Source: a virus
IMG/VR virus record: IMGVR_UViG_3300050161_000195
Strand: one strand, 5' to 3'
DNA: 40,731 nt
Under the pieces are notes generated by a model. The model was given only the letters and a program-made list of their open reading frames with translations. It did not search any database and was not told where the DNA came from. Both the position numbers and the translations under genes were made by a program. Shown in pieces: positions 24,937 through 34,073 of the stretch (position 1 is the first letter of the stretch; every line of letters begins with the position of its first letter).

Positions 24937-25012
24937 GCGGGCGTTCAGGTTCGACGTTGCGATGGTGAACGATGAAGGCGGGCGTTCAGGTTTTACCCCC
25001 TGAAGGTGAACG
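24937..25012. repeat. Two tandem copies of a bipartite element GCGGGCGTTCAGGTT-N12-GGTGAACG (41-bp period)
   Basis: Copies at 24937-24971 and 24978-25012, between HNH and terS. Candidate terminase recognition / cos-proximal sites. Confidence 0.8.
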
Positions 25013-25577
25013 GGGGGTGGGCAAAAGTCTGAAAATCGGGTCGGTCCCCATCACCGGATGGCCCTCATTTGGAGATTTTATTTCCGTGGCCGATGAATTT
25101 TCCGCCGTTCCCATGGTCGAAGGGCTGTTCGGCCCGCAGCCTGCGGCACGCGTGGCGAAGCAAGGCCGCCCTGAACACGTGTGGACGCGCCGTAACTCAT
25201 TGAGAATATGCAGTCTTTTCGCCTGCGGTCACACGGTTGCCGACGTGGCCGCCGTAATCGGCATTTCTCAGCCCACGCTCCGCAAGGTTTATTTTCAGGA
25301 GCTTGCCGATCGCAAGATCATGGCGCTCAAGGTCCGCTCCGAACAGATGGTCCGCCTGACCGAGGCTGCCATCGCCGGCAGCGTCCCGGCCGAGAAGGCC
25401 CTGGCCGGCATGATCCAGTCCGAGCAGGTCAAGCTCCTGGGTGAACGCGTCGTCGCCCGCGCTGCCCCTGCCGATCCCAAGCCCACGCCGCTCGGCAAGA
25501 AGGAGGCGGCGAAGCAAGCCGCCGATGGCCTCACCGGGCTCTACGGCACCCGCGAACCGCCGCCGCTCACCCACTAG
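24972..25577 (+). CDS. Terminase small subunit candidate (HTH protein)
   Basis: Position is immediately upstream of terL. HTH is VADVAAVIGISQPTLRKVYF. The real start is probably GTG 25086 (GGAGA 10 nt upstream) or ATG 25113, because 24972-25012 is occupied by the repeat element. Confidence 0.55.
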   Translation: MKAGVQVLPPEGERGVGKSLKIGSVPITGWPSFGDFISVADEFSAVPMVEGLFGPQPAARVAKQGRPEHVWTRRNSLRICSLFACGHTVADVAAVIGISQPTLRKVYFQELADRKIMALKVRSEQMVRLTEAAIAGSVPAEKALAGMIQSEQVKLLGERVVARAAPADPKPTPLGKKEAAKQAADGLTGLYGTREPPPLTH

Positions 25578-25580
25578 CCC

Positions 25581-27371
25581 ATGCCACAGAACTGGACGAC
25601 CGCCTGCCCTGATTGGGCAGAGCGGATCGTCGCGCGTCAAAGCCTGGTCCCGTCGCCGCCGCTCCACGCGGGCAAGGCGGCCGAGGCGCTAGGCGTGTTC
25701 AAGTCCCTGCAGATGACCGATCTGCCGATGAAGAAGGATGGCACCTGGCCCACCATGGGCGAGGTCTGCGAGCCCTTCGTGTTCGATCTGGTCGGCGCCC
25801 TGTTCGGCGCGCAGGATCCCGTCACCGGAAAAAGCCTGGTCAAGGAAGCGATGCTCCTGATCAGCAAGAAGAACGGCAAATCCACCATCGCCGCGGGCAT
25901 CATGCTCACGGCCCTGATCCTCAACTGGCGTCACGGCGCCGAACTCCTGATCCTCGCGCCCACCAAGGAAGTGGCAAACAACAGCTATAATCCGGCCGCC
26001 GCCATGGTCCGGGCCGATCCCGAGCTGCGCACGATCCTGAAAGTGATCGATCACCAGCGCACCATCAAACACCTCGGCAACAGCGCCGAGCTCAAGGTGG
26101 TCTCGGCCGATAGCGGAACGGTCGGCGGCAAGAAGGCCGGCTTCGTCCTGGTCGATGAGCTCTGGCTCTTCGGCAAGAACCACAATGCCGGGCCCATGCT
26201 GGAAGAGGCGACCGGCGGCCAGGCCGCCCGCCCTGAAGGCTGGACGCTCTACCTGTCGACCCATTCCGACGATCCGCCCAAGGGCGTGTTTAAGGATAAG
26301 CTGGCCTACATGCGCTCGGTCCGCGATGGCGAAATCGTTGACCCCACCACGCTGCCCATGCTGTTCGAATGGCCAGACGAGATGATCGAGAGCGAGGCCT
26401 ATCTCGAGCCCGCGAATTTCTATGTAACCAATCCCAATATCGGCAAGTCGCCGACAGTTGAATTCATCGCCCGCAAGCTCGATCAGGCCCGTGCTGGCCA
26501 GGGCACCGATGGCGATACCTCGATCCAGATCGTGCTGGCCAAGTATCTGAACGTGGAAATCGGCCTCAGGATGCACCGCGATCGCTGGCGGGCCGCTGAT
26601 CACTGGCTGGCCTCGGCCGATCCGGCAATCTCCGATCTCGATGCCATGCTCGATCGCTGCGAAGTGGCAGTCGCCGGCATCGATGGCGGCGGTGAAGACG
26701 ATTTGCTCGGCCTCTGCGTTGCCGGGCGCGAACGGATGACCGATCGCTGGCTGTTCTGGCACCATGCCTGGGCCTGGCCCGACGTGCTCAAGCGTCGCAA
26801 GGATATCGCCAGCACGCTGCGCGATTTCGAAAAGGATGGCGATCTCACCATCTGCGATGAAGAAAGCCGGCTCGATCAGGATGCCCTGGCCGCCGCGATG
26901 GCCGGCGGCGAATCGTTCGATGCCCCCTTGCCGCAAGACATGGCCGATCTGGTCGGAATCATCGCGCGGATCAAGGATCGCGGGCTCCTGCCCGATGAAT
27001 ATGCGGTGGCGGTGGATAAGGTCGGCAGCCCGATGCTGGTCGATGCCCTCGCCTCGATCGGGGTCACCGATCCGCAGGTTTATGGGCAGCCGCAGGGCTA
27101 CGTGTTGAACGGGGCCATCGCTGGCCTGCCGCGAATGCTGAAAGACGGCCGCGCGCTCCATGGCGGGCGGCCGCTCATGGCCTGGTGCGTATCGAACGCC
27201 AAGGTGACCTATTCTGGGAGTGCGCTGGTGATGACAAAGCAGGCGGCCGGCTCGATGAAGATCGATCCCGCCATCGCCATGCTCAATGCCTTCATGGCGC
27301 TCGCCCGCAGGCCCGAGGCCGGTGGGCCGAAGGAATCGGTCTATGCCACGCGCGGCCTGGTGGTGATCTGA
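25581..27371 (+). CDS. terL: Terminase large subunit (Terminase_1 type)
   Basis: 596 aa. Walker A-like ISKKNGKST. Typical N-terminus and size. Followed by the portal gene. Confidence 0.92.
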   Translation: MPQNWTTACPDWAERIVARQSLVPSPPLHAGKAAEALGVFKSLQMTDLPMKKDGTWPTMGEVCEPFVFDLVGALFGAQDPVTGKSLVKEAMLLISKKNGKSTIAAGIMLTALILNWRHGAELLILAPTKEVANNSYNPAAAMVRADPELRTILKVIDHQRTIKHLGNSAELKVVSADSGTVGGKKAGFVLVDELWLFGKNHNAGPMLEEATGGQAARPEGWTLYLSTHSDDPPKGVFKDKLAYMRSVRDGEIVDPTTLPMLFEWPDEMIESEAYLEPANFYVTNPNIGKSPTVEFIARKLDQARAGQGTDGDTSIQIVLAKYLNVEIGLRMHRDRWRAADHWLASADPAISDLDAMLDRCEVAVAGIDGGGEDDLLGLCVAGRERMTDRWLFWHHAWAWPDVLKRRKDIASTLRDFEKDGDLTICDEESRLDQDALAAAMAGGESFDAPLPQDMADLVGIIARIKDRGLLPDEYAVAVDKVGSPMLVDALASIGVTDPQVYGQPQGYVLNGAIAGLPRMLKDGRALHGGRPLMAWCVSNAKVTYSGSALVMTKQAAGSMKIDPAIAMLNAFMALARRPEAGGPKESVYATRGLVVI

Positions 27372-28666
27372 TGCAGCCGCAGGATTATCAGCGCGCTTTC
27401 GGCCCCGGCCGGGGCGCGGGGCAGGGCCGCGCCCCGCTCGCCCAGGTCGGTGGCGGCATCACCGCCACGATCACCACCCCGCAGGAGCTGGAAGCCCTGG
27501 TTCGCGGGATGAATACCTCGGCCGGGCAGCTGGTCACCGATCAAACCGCGCTGCGGGTCGCCGCCGTCATGGCCTGCGTGCGCATCATCGCCGGCGCCGT
27601 GGCGAACATGCCGGTCACGGTCAAACGCCGCGTCGACGATCGCACCCGGGAAACGCTCGACACCCATCCGGTCTGGCGGCTGATGAACCGCCGTCCGAAC
27701 CGCTGGCAAAAGCCGTCCGTGTTCAAGCGGATGATGCAGGCTCATGTCCTGCTGCGCGGCAATGCCTATGCCGCCAAGGTCAAGGGGACAAAGGGCGAGG
27801 TGATCAGCCTCATCCCGCTGCACCCCGATCGCGTCTCGAAGCGCCAGCTCTCCGACTATTCCTGCGAATATACCTGGACCCCGCTGAACGGCGGTTCGGT
27901 TGTCCTGCAGGAAGCCGATGTCATGCATCTCATGGCCCTGTCGCTCGATGGGCTGACCGGCCTTTCGCCGCTGTCCTACATGCGCGAAACCATTGGCGAG
28001 GCGCGGGCCATGCAGGTCCACGGCACCACTACCTTCGCCAATGGCGCCAATGTCTCCGGCGCCTTCAAGCTGCCCGCCGGGAAGACGCTGACAGCGGAAC
28101 AGACTGAAAGCCTGCGCGCGCAGCTCGATGAATATCGCTCCGGCGGCAGCCGCGATGGCAAGGTCATCGTCCTGGAAGACGGGCTCGAATATCAGCAGAT
28201 GGCCATGAGCGCCGAAGATGCGCAGTGGCTTGAGGCGCGCAAGTTCACCCGCGGCGATATCGCCATGTTCTTCGGCGTTCCCCCGCACATGATCGGCGAT
28301 ACCGACAAGACCACGTCCTGGGGCACCGGGCTTGACACCCAGGGGCAGGGCTTCGTCACCTATACCCTCGAAGACCACCTCACGATGTGGGAGGAAGCGC
28401 TCGGCGCCGATTGCATCGAGTGGGACAAGAACCCCGATATCTATGCCCGTTTCAACCGCAATTCACTGGTACGCGGCGATCTGAAAACCCGCTGGGATGC
28501 CTATGTGCGCGGCATGCAGTGGGGCGTCTACAGCCCCAACAAGGTGCTGGAGATGGAAGACGAAAACCCCCGCGAAGGTGGGGATATCTATTATGATCCG
28601 CCCAATGCTGCCGGTGGCGGCGATGCCGGCGGCCAGACCGGAGACGGCACCAATGTCCCTGCGTAA
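27371..28666 (+). CDS. Portal protein, HK97 family
   Basis: 431 aa from ATG 27371, overlapping the terL TGA (the track ORF starts at 27185 inside terL). Sequence and order are typical of HK97-type portals. Confidence 0.9.
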   Translation: MQPQDYQRAFGPGRGAGQGRAPLAQVGGGITATITTPQELEALVRGMNTSAGQLVTDQTALRVAAVMACVRIIAGAVANMPVTVKRRVDDRTRETLDTHPVWRLMNRRPNRWQKPSVFKRMMQAHVLLRGNAYAAKVKGTKGEVISLIPLHPDRVSKRQLSDYSCEYTWTPLNGGSVVLQEADVMHLMALSLDGLTGLSPLSYMRETIGEARAMQVHGTTTFANGANVSGAFKLPAGKTLTAEQTESLRAQLDEYRSGGSRDGKVIVLEDGLEYQQMAMSAEDAQWLEARKFTRGDIAMFFGVPPHMIGDTDKTTSWGTGLDTQGQGFVTYTLEDHLTMWEEALGADCIEWDKNPDIYARFNRNSLVRGDLKTRWDAYVRGMQWGVYSPNKVLEMEDENPREGGDIYYDPPNAAGGGDAGGQTGDGTNVPA

Positions 28667-29519
28667 CCTTCCCCAGGCCAACCTTCAGGGTCGGCCGCAG
28701 AATTTCTCGTGGGATTCCCCGTCGGATGCCCTCGCACGCTGGGCCGATCTTCCCCAGGCTGCCACCAGCGAAGATGCCAATGCCATCACGATCTTCGATC
28801 AGATCGGCACCGATTGGTGGACGGGCGAAGGCGTCACCGCCAAGCGGATCGGCGCCGCCCTGCGCGCGATCGGGGCGGGCAAGGATGTGGTGGTCAACAT
28901 CAATTCGCCCGGCGGAGACATGTTCGAAGGGATCGCGATCTACAATCTGCTCGCCGCCCATGAAGGCAAGGTCACCGTCAATGTTCTCGGCCTGGCCGCC
29001 TCTGCGGCTTCGATCATCGCCATGGCCGGCGATACGATCAACATGGGCGCCGGCTCTTTCCTGATGATCCACAATTGCTGGGCGGTGGTGATCGGCAACC
29101 AGAACGACCTGCGTGAAGCCGCCGAGCTCTTCACCAGCTTTGATCAGGAAGTCGCCAATATCTATCATGCCCGCACCGGCCTGAAGCCTGCCGATATCGT
29201 CGATCTGATGGCGGCTGAAACCTGGATGGGTTCGGCCGATGCGATCAAGCGTGGCTTTGCCGATGGCACCATTCCCGATCCGGATCCTTCCGCACAGGCC
29301 AGTGCTGGCAGATCTACCGGTGCGGACAAGACCCTTCTGGCCCGCCGCCAGACAGAAGGCGCGCTCGCCCGCGCCGGATTTTCCCGCAGCGATCGGCAAC
29401 AGATGATTGCTGCCCTTGGTGGTGCCCAGCGCGATGCCGGCATCACCCATCCCGCCGCGCGCGATGCAGGCGAACTGCTCGCCAGCCTGTCCAGGCTGGC
29501 TTCCACCATCGCTTCCTAA
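28653..29519 (+). CDS. Prohead (head maturation) protease, ClpP/S14 type
   Basis: 288 aa from ATG 28653. NINSPGGDMFEGIAIYN, GLAASAASIIAMAG (Ser), FLMIHNCW (His). Confidence 0.9.
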   Translation: MSLRNLPQANLQGRPQNFSWDSPSDALARWADLPQAATSEDANAITIFDQIGTDWWTGEGVTAKRIGAALRAIGAGKDVVVNINSPGGDMFEGIAIYNLLAAHEGKVTVNVLGLAASAASIIAMAGDTINMGAGSFLMIHNCWAVVIGNQNDLREAAELFTSFDQEVANIYHARTGLKPADIVDLMAAETWMGSADAIKRGFADGTIPDPDPSAQASAGRSTGADKTLLARRQTEGALARAGFSRSDRQQMIAALGGAQRDAGITHPAARDAGELLASLSRLASTIAS

Positions 29520-29534
29520 GCAAGAGGTACAGCT

Positions 29535-30800
29535 ATGAACATGCACCAGCCCCGCGTCCGCGGGATCGTCTCCGCGCGTGCGGAAGCCAACCCGGTCGAT
29601 ATCAAGGCCGCGGTCGACAGGATCCACACCACCTTCGAAGAATTCAAGGCGGCCAATGAAGCCCGCCTCAAGGAGATCGAAAGGGGCCGCGAAGACGTGG
29701 TCACCACCGAAAAGCTCGGCCGCGTCAACGATGAAGTGACCCAGCTGACCGGCGCCATCAACGAGATGAAGGAATCGGTCGCTGCGCTCAAGCTCGGCGG
29801 CGGCGGCAAGCAGGGCCAGTCGGCCGAAGCGCGCCAGCATGCCGATGCGTTCAATTCGTGGTTCCGCAAGGGCCGCGAACCCGATGCCGGCCTGCGCGGG
29901 CTCGAGGTCAAGGCGGGGCTCACCACCCAGTCCGATCCCGATGGCGGCTTCCTCGTGCCCGAACAGATGGATGGCACCATCACCCGCGTTCTCGCCAACG
30001 TCTCGGCCGTGCGCTCCCTCGCCCGTGTCGTTTCGATCACCGCCAATGATTATGATGTGCTGGTCAGCAAGGGCGGCGCCGTTTCGGGCTGGGTCGGCGA
30101 GGAAGATGCCCGCGCCGTCACCGGTACGCCGCAGCTGTCGAAGATCTCGGTCAATTCCGGCGAGATCTATGCGCAGCCGGCCGCCACCCAGCGCGCCCTG
30201 GATGATGCCGCCTTCGATGTGGAATCCTGGCTCGCCGAAGAAGTGTCGATCACCTTCGCCGAACAGGAAGGCGCCGCTTTCGTCTCCGGCGATGGCGTGA
30301 AGAAGCCGCGCGGCTTCCTCACCGAAACCCCGGTCGCCAACGGCTCCTATGCCTGGGGCAAGATCGGCTTCGTCGCCACCGGCTCCTCCGGCGCTTTCGC
30401 CACGGCCGGCGCTGATAACCTGATCGCGCTCTACTATGCGCTCAAGGCTGGATACCGCAACGGCGCGGCCTTCCTCACCAGCGATGCCACCCTCGGCACC
30501 ATTCGCGGGTTCAAGGATACCACCAACAACTACATCTGGGCCCCGCCGACCAGCGACATGCCCGCCACCATCCTCGGCAAGCCGGTCGCCACCGATGATA
30601 ATATGCCGGCAGTCGGCGCCAATTCGTTCTCGGTCGCCTTCGGTAACTGGCAGCGTGGTTATCTGATCGCCGATCGCCTGGGCGTCCGCGTCCTGCGCGA
30701 TCCCTACACCTCGAAGCCCAACGTGCTGTTCTACACGACCAAGCGCGTCGGCGGCGGGGTGGTGAACTACGAAGCGATCAAGACGCTCAAGTTCGCCTGA
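29535..30800 (+). CDS. Major capsid protein, HK97 family
   Basis: 421 aa. N-terminal coiled delta-like region, DGGFLVPEQ, and overall HK97-type sequence after the protease. Confidence 0.92.
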   Translation: MNMHQPRVRGIVSARAEANPVDIKAAVDRIHTTFEEFKAANEARLKEIERGREDVVTTEKLGRVNDEVTQLTGAINEMKESVAALKLGGGGKQGQSAEARQHADAFNSWFRKGREPDAGLRGLEVKAGLTTQSDPDGGFLVPEQMDGTITRVLANVSAVRSLARVVSITANDYDVLVSKGGAVSGWVGEEDARAVTGTPQLSKISVNSGEIYAQPAATQRALDDAAFDVESWLAEEVSITFAEQEGAAFVSGDGVKKPRGFLTETPVANGSYAWGKIGFVATGSSGAFATAGADNLIALYYALKAGYRNGAAFLTSDATLGTIRGFKDTTNNYIWAPPTSDMPATILGKPVATDDNMPAVGANSFSVAFGNWQRGYLIADRLGVRVLRDPYTSKPNVLFYTTKRVGGGVVNYEAIKTLKFA

Positions 30801-30888
30801 TCCCTTCCCGGGTGGGGTGGCGGTTTAGGTTGGGGTTTCCCGGCCGCCGTCACCCCGTTTCGCAAGCTCAGTTCAAAGGACCAGTTCC

Positions 30889-31323
30889 ATGGAAGACATC
30901 CACTCCTGCGTGTTCATCGATACGCTGATCGCCAATGCCACCTATGCGGCCGACACTACCCCGGCCGCTGTCGATCTCCAGGGCTTCGATGCGGCCGAAA
31001 TCGTGCTCGCGCTCGGTGCCGGCGGCATTACCTTCAACGGCAGCAACAAGATCGAATTCGTCCTCACCCATTCGGACGATGGCACGACCTACACCAACGT
31101 CGCCGATGCCGATATGATGGGCGTTTCCGGCATTCAGAACGGCATCATCAAGGCGCTCGTTGCCGCCCAGAATGCGGCGATTGTCCGCTTTGGGTATAAA
31201 GGTTGCAAGCGCTACCTGAAGCTGCTGGCTGATTTCTCCGGCACCCACGGCACCGGCACCCCGATCGGCGCCTATGTCATCAAGGGCGAACCGGCGCTCG
31301 CGCCCACTGCCGCCCAGGCCTGA
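30889..31323 (+). CDS. Hypothetical virion-module protein (possible head decoration/accessory)
   Basis: 144 aa directly after the capsid gene. Flanked by the 13-bp direct repeat GCCTGATCCCTTC (30795-30807 / 31317-31329). Confidence 0.6.
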   Translation: MEDIHSCVFIDTLIANATYAADTTPAAVDLQGFDAAEIVLALGAGGITFNGSNKIEFVLTHSDDGTTYTNVADADMMGVSGIQNGIIKALVAAQNAAIVRFGYKGCKRYLKLLADFSGTHGTGTPIGAYVIKGEPALAPTAAQA

Positions 31324-31356
31324 TCCCTTCGGAAAGCACCGGGCTTTCCCCACCTT

Positions 31357-31389
31357 GCCGGCGCCGGGCCCTGAACTCCCGGCGCCGGC
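31357..31389 (+). terminator. Perfect 12-bp stem / 9-nt loop hairpin (attenuator/terminator candidate)
   Basis: GCCGGCGCCGGG-ccctgaact-CCCGGCGCCGGC followed by CCTTTCC. Preceded by a second hairpin, GGAAAGC-accgg-GCTTTCC, at 31331-31349. Confidence 0.45.
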
Positions 31390-31417
31390 CCTTTCCATTC
31401 AGCCAGAGGCCACCGCC

Positions 31418-31972
31418 ATGCAGAAATCCGTCGCCATCCGCGATGCGCAGAACGATGCGATCGAAAGCACGATCGGCGTCAGCGCGATCCTCAAGATCCG
31501 CACCGGCGCCGCCCCCGCCAACTGTGCCGCGGCCGATAGCGGCACGGTCCTGGCCACGCTCAACCTGCCGTCGGACTGGATGGCGGCATCGTCCAGCGGG
31601 GTGAAATCCCTGCTCGGCACCTGGCAGGACAGCTCTGCCGATGCCAGCGGCGAAGCCTGCCACTTCCGCTTCTACAATTCCGCCGGCACCACCTGCCATC
31701 TGCAGGGCGTCGTCTCGGCCCCCTGGCAGGCCAGCAAGCCCTATGCCGTGGGCGCCAGCGTCCACAATGGCGGCAGCGTCTATCGCTGCACCGCCGCGGG
31801 CACCTCGGCCAGCTCGGGCGGCCCCAGCGGCACTGGCGGTTCGATCACCGATGGCACCGTCACCTGGGCCTATGTCCAGGGCAGCACCGAAATCACGGTC
31901 GATAATGGCACCTTCGTCACCGGCCAGCAGTTCACGGTCAATACCTTCGCCATCACGGCCTCTGGCGCCTGA
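31418..31972 (+). CDS. Hypothetical structural protein with a fibre-type carbohydrate-binding-like motif
   Basis: 184 aa from ATG 31418. NGGSVYRCTAAGTSASSGGPSGTGGSITDGTVTWAY resembles the YxC..GTSG....DG.V.W motif seen in phage fibre proteins (from memory). Confidence 0.55.
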   Translation: MQKSVAIRDAQNDAIESTIGVSAILKIRTGAAPANCAAADSGTVLATLNLPSDWMAASSSGVKSLLGTWQDSSADASGEACHFRFYNSAGTTCHLQGVVSAPWQASKPYAVGASVHNGGSVYRCTAAGTSASSGGPSGTGGSITDGTVTWAYVQGSTEITVDNGTFVTGQQFTVNTFAITASGA

Positions 31973-31981
31973 GGCTGATCC

Positions 31982-32365
31982 ATGGCCTTCGCCAACCGCA
32001 TCAAGGTCACCACGGCCACCACGGGCACCGGGGCGCTGACCCTGTCGGCCACGGGCGTTCGCGATGCGACCAATGGCGATTGCCTGGCCCCGGCAGAAGT
32101 CCTGTCGGAACTGGGCAATCGCTCGGTCAGCTACACGATCCAGAGCGGCGCATCCTTTGCGCAGGGCACGGGCATGGTATCCGCCGATGGCCTGACGCTT
32201 GCCCGCGATCCGAACGAAGTCTCGTGGAACGGCACCACCTACGGCGTTGGCCTGCTGACCCTTTCGGGCACGTCCACCGTCATGGTGACCCCCAAGGCTT
32301 CGGACTTTTCCGCATCATCCATCGGCCTGTCCAGCGCGATCGTGCGCGGCGCCGTATCCCTGTGA
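31982..32365 (+). CDS. Hypothetical structural protein
   Basis: 127 aa. The N-terminus MAFANRIKVTTATTGTGALTLSATG is of a type common in phage fibre-like proteins. Confidence 0.5.
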   Translation: MAFANRIKVTTATTGTGALTLSATGVRDATNGDCLAPAEVLSELGNRSVSYTIQSGASFAQGTGMVSADGLTLARDPNEVSWNGTTYGVGLLTLSGTSTVMVTPKASDFSASSIGLSSAIVRGAVSL

Positions 32366-32373
32366 GGTAACCC

Positions 32374-32829
32374 ATGGCCGCGAATACCAGTCCGATCTAT
32401 GGCCGCACTCCCGATGTGCAGGTGGGCGGCGCTGTGCTTGGTCCCACCGCCGTCACCGCGCAGGATGGCACCGGGGCCACCCCGATCATCTTCATGGCCG
32501 ACGCTACCGAGGGTGGCTGGGTGGATCGCGTCATCCTGAAATCTGTCGGCTCGCCTGCCGCCACCGTGGCGCGCATCTTCTTCTGCACGTCCAACGTCGC
32601 GGCGGGCTCGTTCACCCCGGGCACCACCAACACGGCCGCGAATACGGCGATGATCGCGGAAGCCTCGCTGGCCGCCGTCGCCACATCCAACCTCGTGGCG
32701 CAGAACGACGTGGTGATCCCGCTGCGGATGCAATTGCCGCCGGGGACCAAGCTGATGATCGGCTTCGGCACCTCCACCGGCGCGGCGGGCACTGGCTACG
32801 CGGTCTGCACCGTGGGGAGCAAATACTGA
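32374..32829 (+). CDS. Hypothetical structural protein
   Basis: 151 aa. High GC3. The stop overlaps the next ATG. Confidence 0.5.
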   Translation: MAANTSPIYGRTPDVQVGGAVLGPTAVTAQDGTGATPIIFMADATEGGWVDRVILKSVGSPAATVARIFFCTSNVAAGSFTPGTTNTAANTAMIAEASLAAVATSNLVAQNDVVIPLRMQLPPGTKLMIGFGTSTGAAGTGYAVCTVGSKY

Positions 32830-33764
32830 TGATCCTGCCCCCGCTACCCGCCGATGGCGTGACGGACTGGATGTTCATCGGCCCCCAGCAAGACACAACG
32901 ACGACGCGCGGGTGGAAAGCGTGGCAGAAGCCTGCTGGCCGCTCGTGGGTCTATATCTTTGCCCAAGCGCCGGGGGCTGGCGGTGGCGGCGGCTTTACCG
33001 GCGCTGCGGGTACGGCGCGCGGCGGCGGGGCTGGTGGCGGGTCTGGCATAGCTATGAAGCTCCTTTTTCCCGCCTTTCTGATCCCGGATGTTCTTTATTT
33101 CAGGCCGGGCACTGGTGGCGCAGCAGGCGCTGCGTCTGCGGCGGGGACTGCTGGCACAGGGCATTTTGCCAGCATCGCGCCGGATTCTACGGCCCAAAAT
33201 TTTATCGTTACAACCACAGCTGCTGGTGGCGGGGGGGCGGGAACTGCATCTGCCGGGGGCACTGCTGGAACGGCCGGGGTGCTCATTACGGGTGCTATGT
33301 CAGGTTTGGCTTTTACCCAAACTACGGGGACGGCCGGCTCTGCGGGTGCAGCGGGGGGCGCGCAGACTGGCGCGGTCGGCGGCGCTATCACACCCCCAAC
33401 GACTTCGACCTCGCCCGCCACAGGCGGCGCAGGCGGCGGCGGCGTGGGCACGGCCAACACCGACTTCGCGGGCGGCGGCATCACGGGCGCGGGGCCATGG
33501 CCAACCATTGCGGGCGGCGCTGCTGCTGCAGGCGCAGGTTTGCCCGGCTTCGGCCTGAACTGGCACATCGATCAATATGCGATGCGGCGCCTGCCGTTCC
33601 TGACCTCGGGCGGCACGGGCGGCGGCACGGCGGGCGCATCCGGCACGGGCGGCAAGGGCGGCGATGCTGGCTGGGGCAGTGGCGGCGCTGGCGGTGGCGG
33701 CGGTGTCACCGGCGGCGCTGGTGGTCGCGGCGGCGATGGCTTCTTCCTGATCGGAGCATTTTGA
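32829..33764 (+). CDS. Glycine-rich domain protein
   Basis: 311 aa. Repeated GxGGxGG / GTAG tracts (GAGGGGGFTGAAGTARGGGAGGGSG ... GGAGGGGGVTGGAGGRGGDGFFLIGAF). Confidence 0.65.
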   Translation: MILPPLPADGVTDWMFIGPQQDTTTTRGWKAWQKPAGRSWVYIFAQAPGAGGGGGFTGAAGTARGGGAGGGSGIAMKLLFPAFLIPDVLYFRPGTGGAAGAASAAGTAGTGHFASIAPDSTAQNFIVTTTAAGGGGAGTASAGGTAGTAGVLITGAMSGLAFTQTTGTAGSAGAAGGAQTGAVGGAITPPTTSTSPATGGAGGGGVGTANTDFAGGGITGAGPWPTIAGGAAAAGAGLPGFGLNWHIDQYAMRRLPFLTSGGTGGGTAGASGTGGKGGDAGWGSGGAGGGGGVTGGAGGRGGDGFFLIGAF

Positions 33765-34072
33765 TGGCGCGGCTGTTCAACATGCAGGGCCAGTGCTGCG
33801 GCAATATCGAAGGCGCCGCGCCCGATGGATACTGGTCCCGCGCCGATGATGCGCCCGACCAGATGACCGCGCTGGACTTTCTCGACAAGATCGGGCCGCG
33901 GCGCTTCGCCTCGGTCTGGACCGCATCGCTGGCCCATCCCGAAATCGCCTTCCCCATGGTGCGGGGGCTGGCCGCGCAGATGATCTATCTGTCGGAAAGC
34001 TTCCCGTCGCTGATCGCGCTGGAACAGGCGGGCGTTCTGTCTGCCGGAACCGCTCTGGAAATCTGGGCCTGA
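33764..34072 (+). CDS. Hypothetical protein
   Basis: 102 aa from ATG 33764, overlapping the upstream TGA. It is only the 3' end of track ORF 32912..34072; the rest of that ORF is an alternative frame of the Gly-rich gene. Confidence 0.5.
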   Translation: MARLFNMQGQCCGNIEGAAPDGYWSRADDAPDQMTALDFLDKIGPRRFASVWTASLAHPEIAFPMVRGLAAQMIYLSESFPSLIALEQAGVLSAGTALEIWA

Positions 34073-34073
34073 T

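Noticed and set aside
30814-30856. Strong intrinsic terminator after the capsid gene
   Set aside because: The stem is imperfect (GGGGTG/CACCCC plus GCGG/CCGC with a 3-nt bulge) and is followed only by GTTTCG. At best it is an attenuator, so it is not listed as a feature.
32912-33763. The 386-aa Cys/Arg/Trp-rich ORF overlapping the glycine-rich gene
   Set aside because: It is an alternative frame of the Gly-rich tracts. Only the last 102 codons, from ATG 33764, form a plausible gene that starts exactly at the upstream stop.
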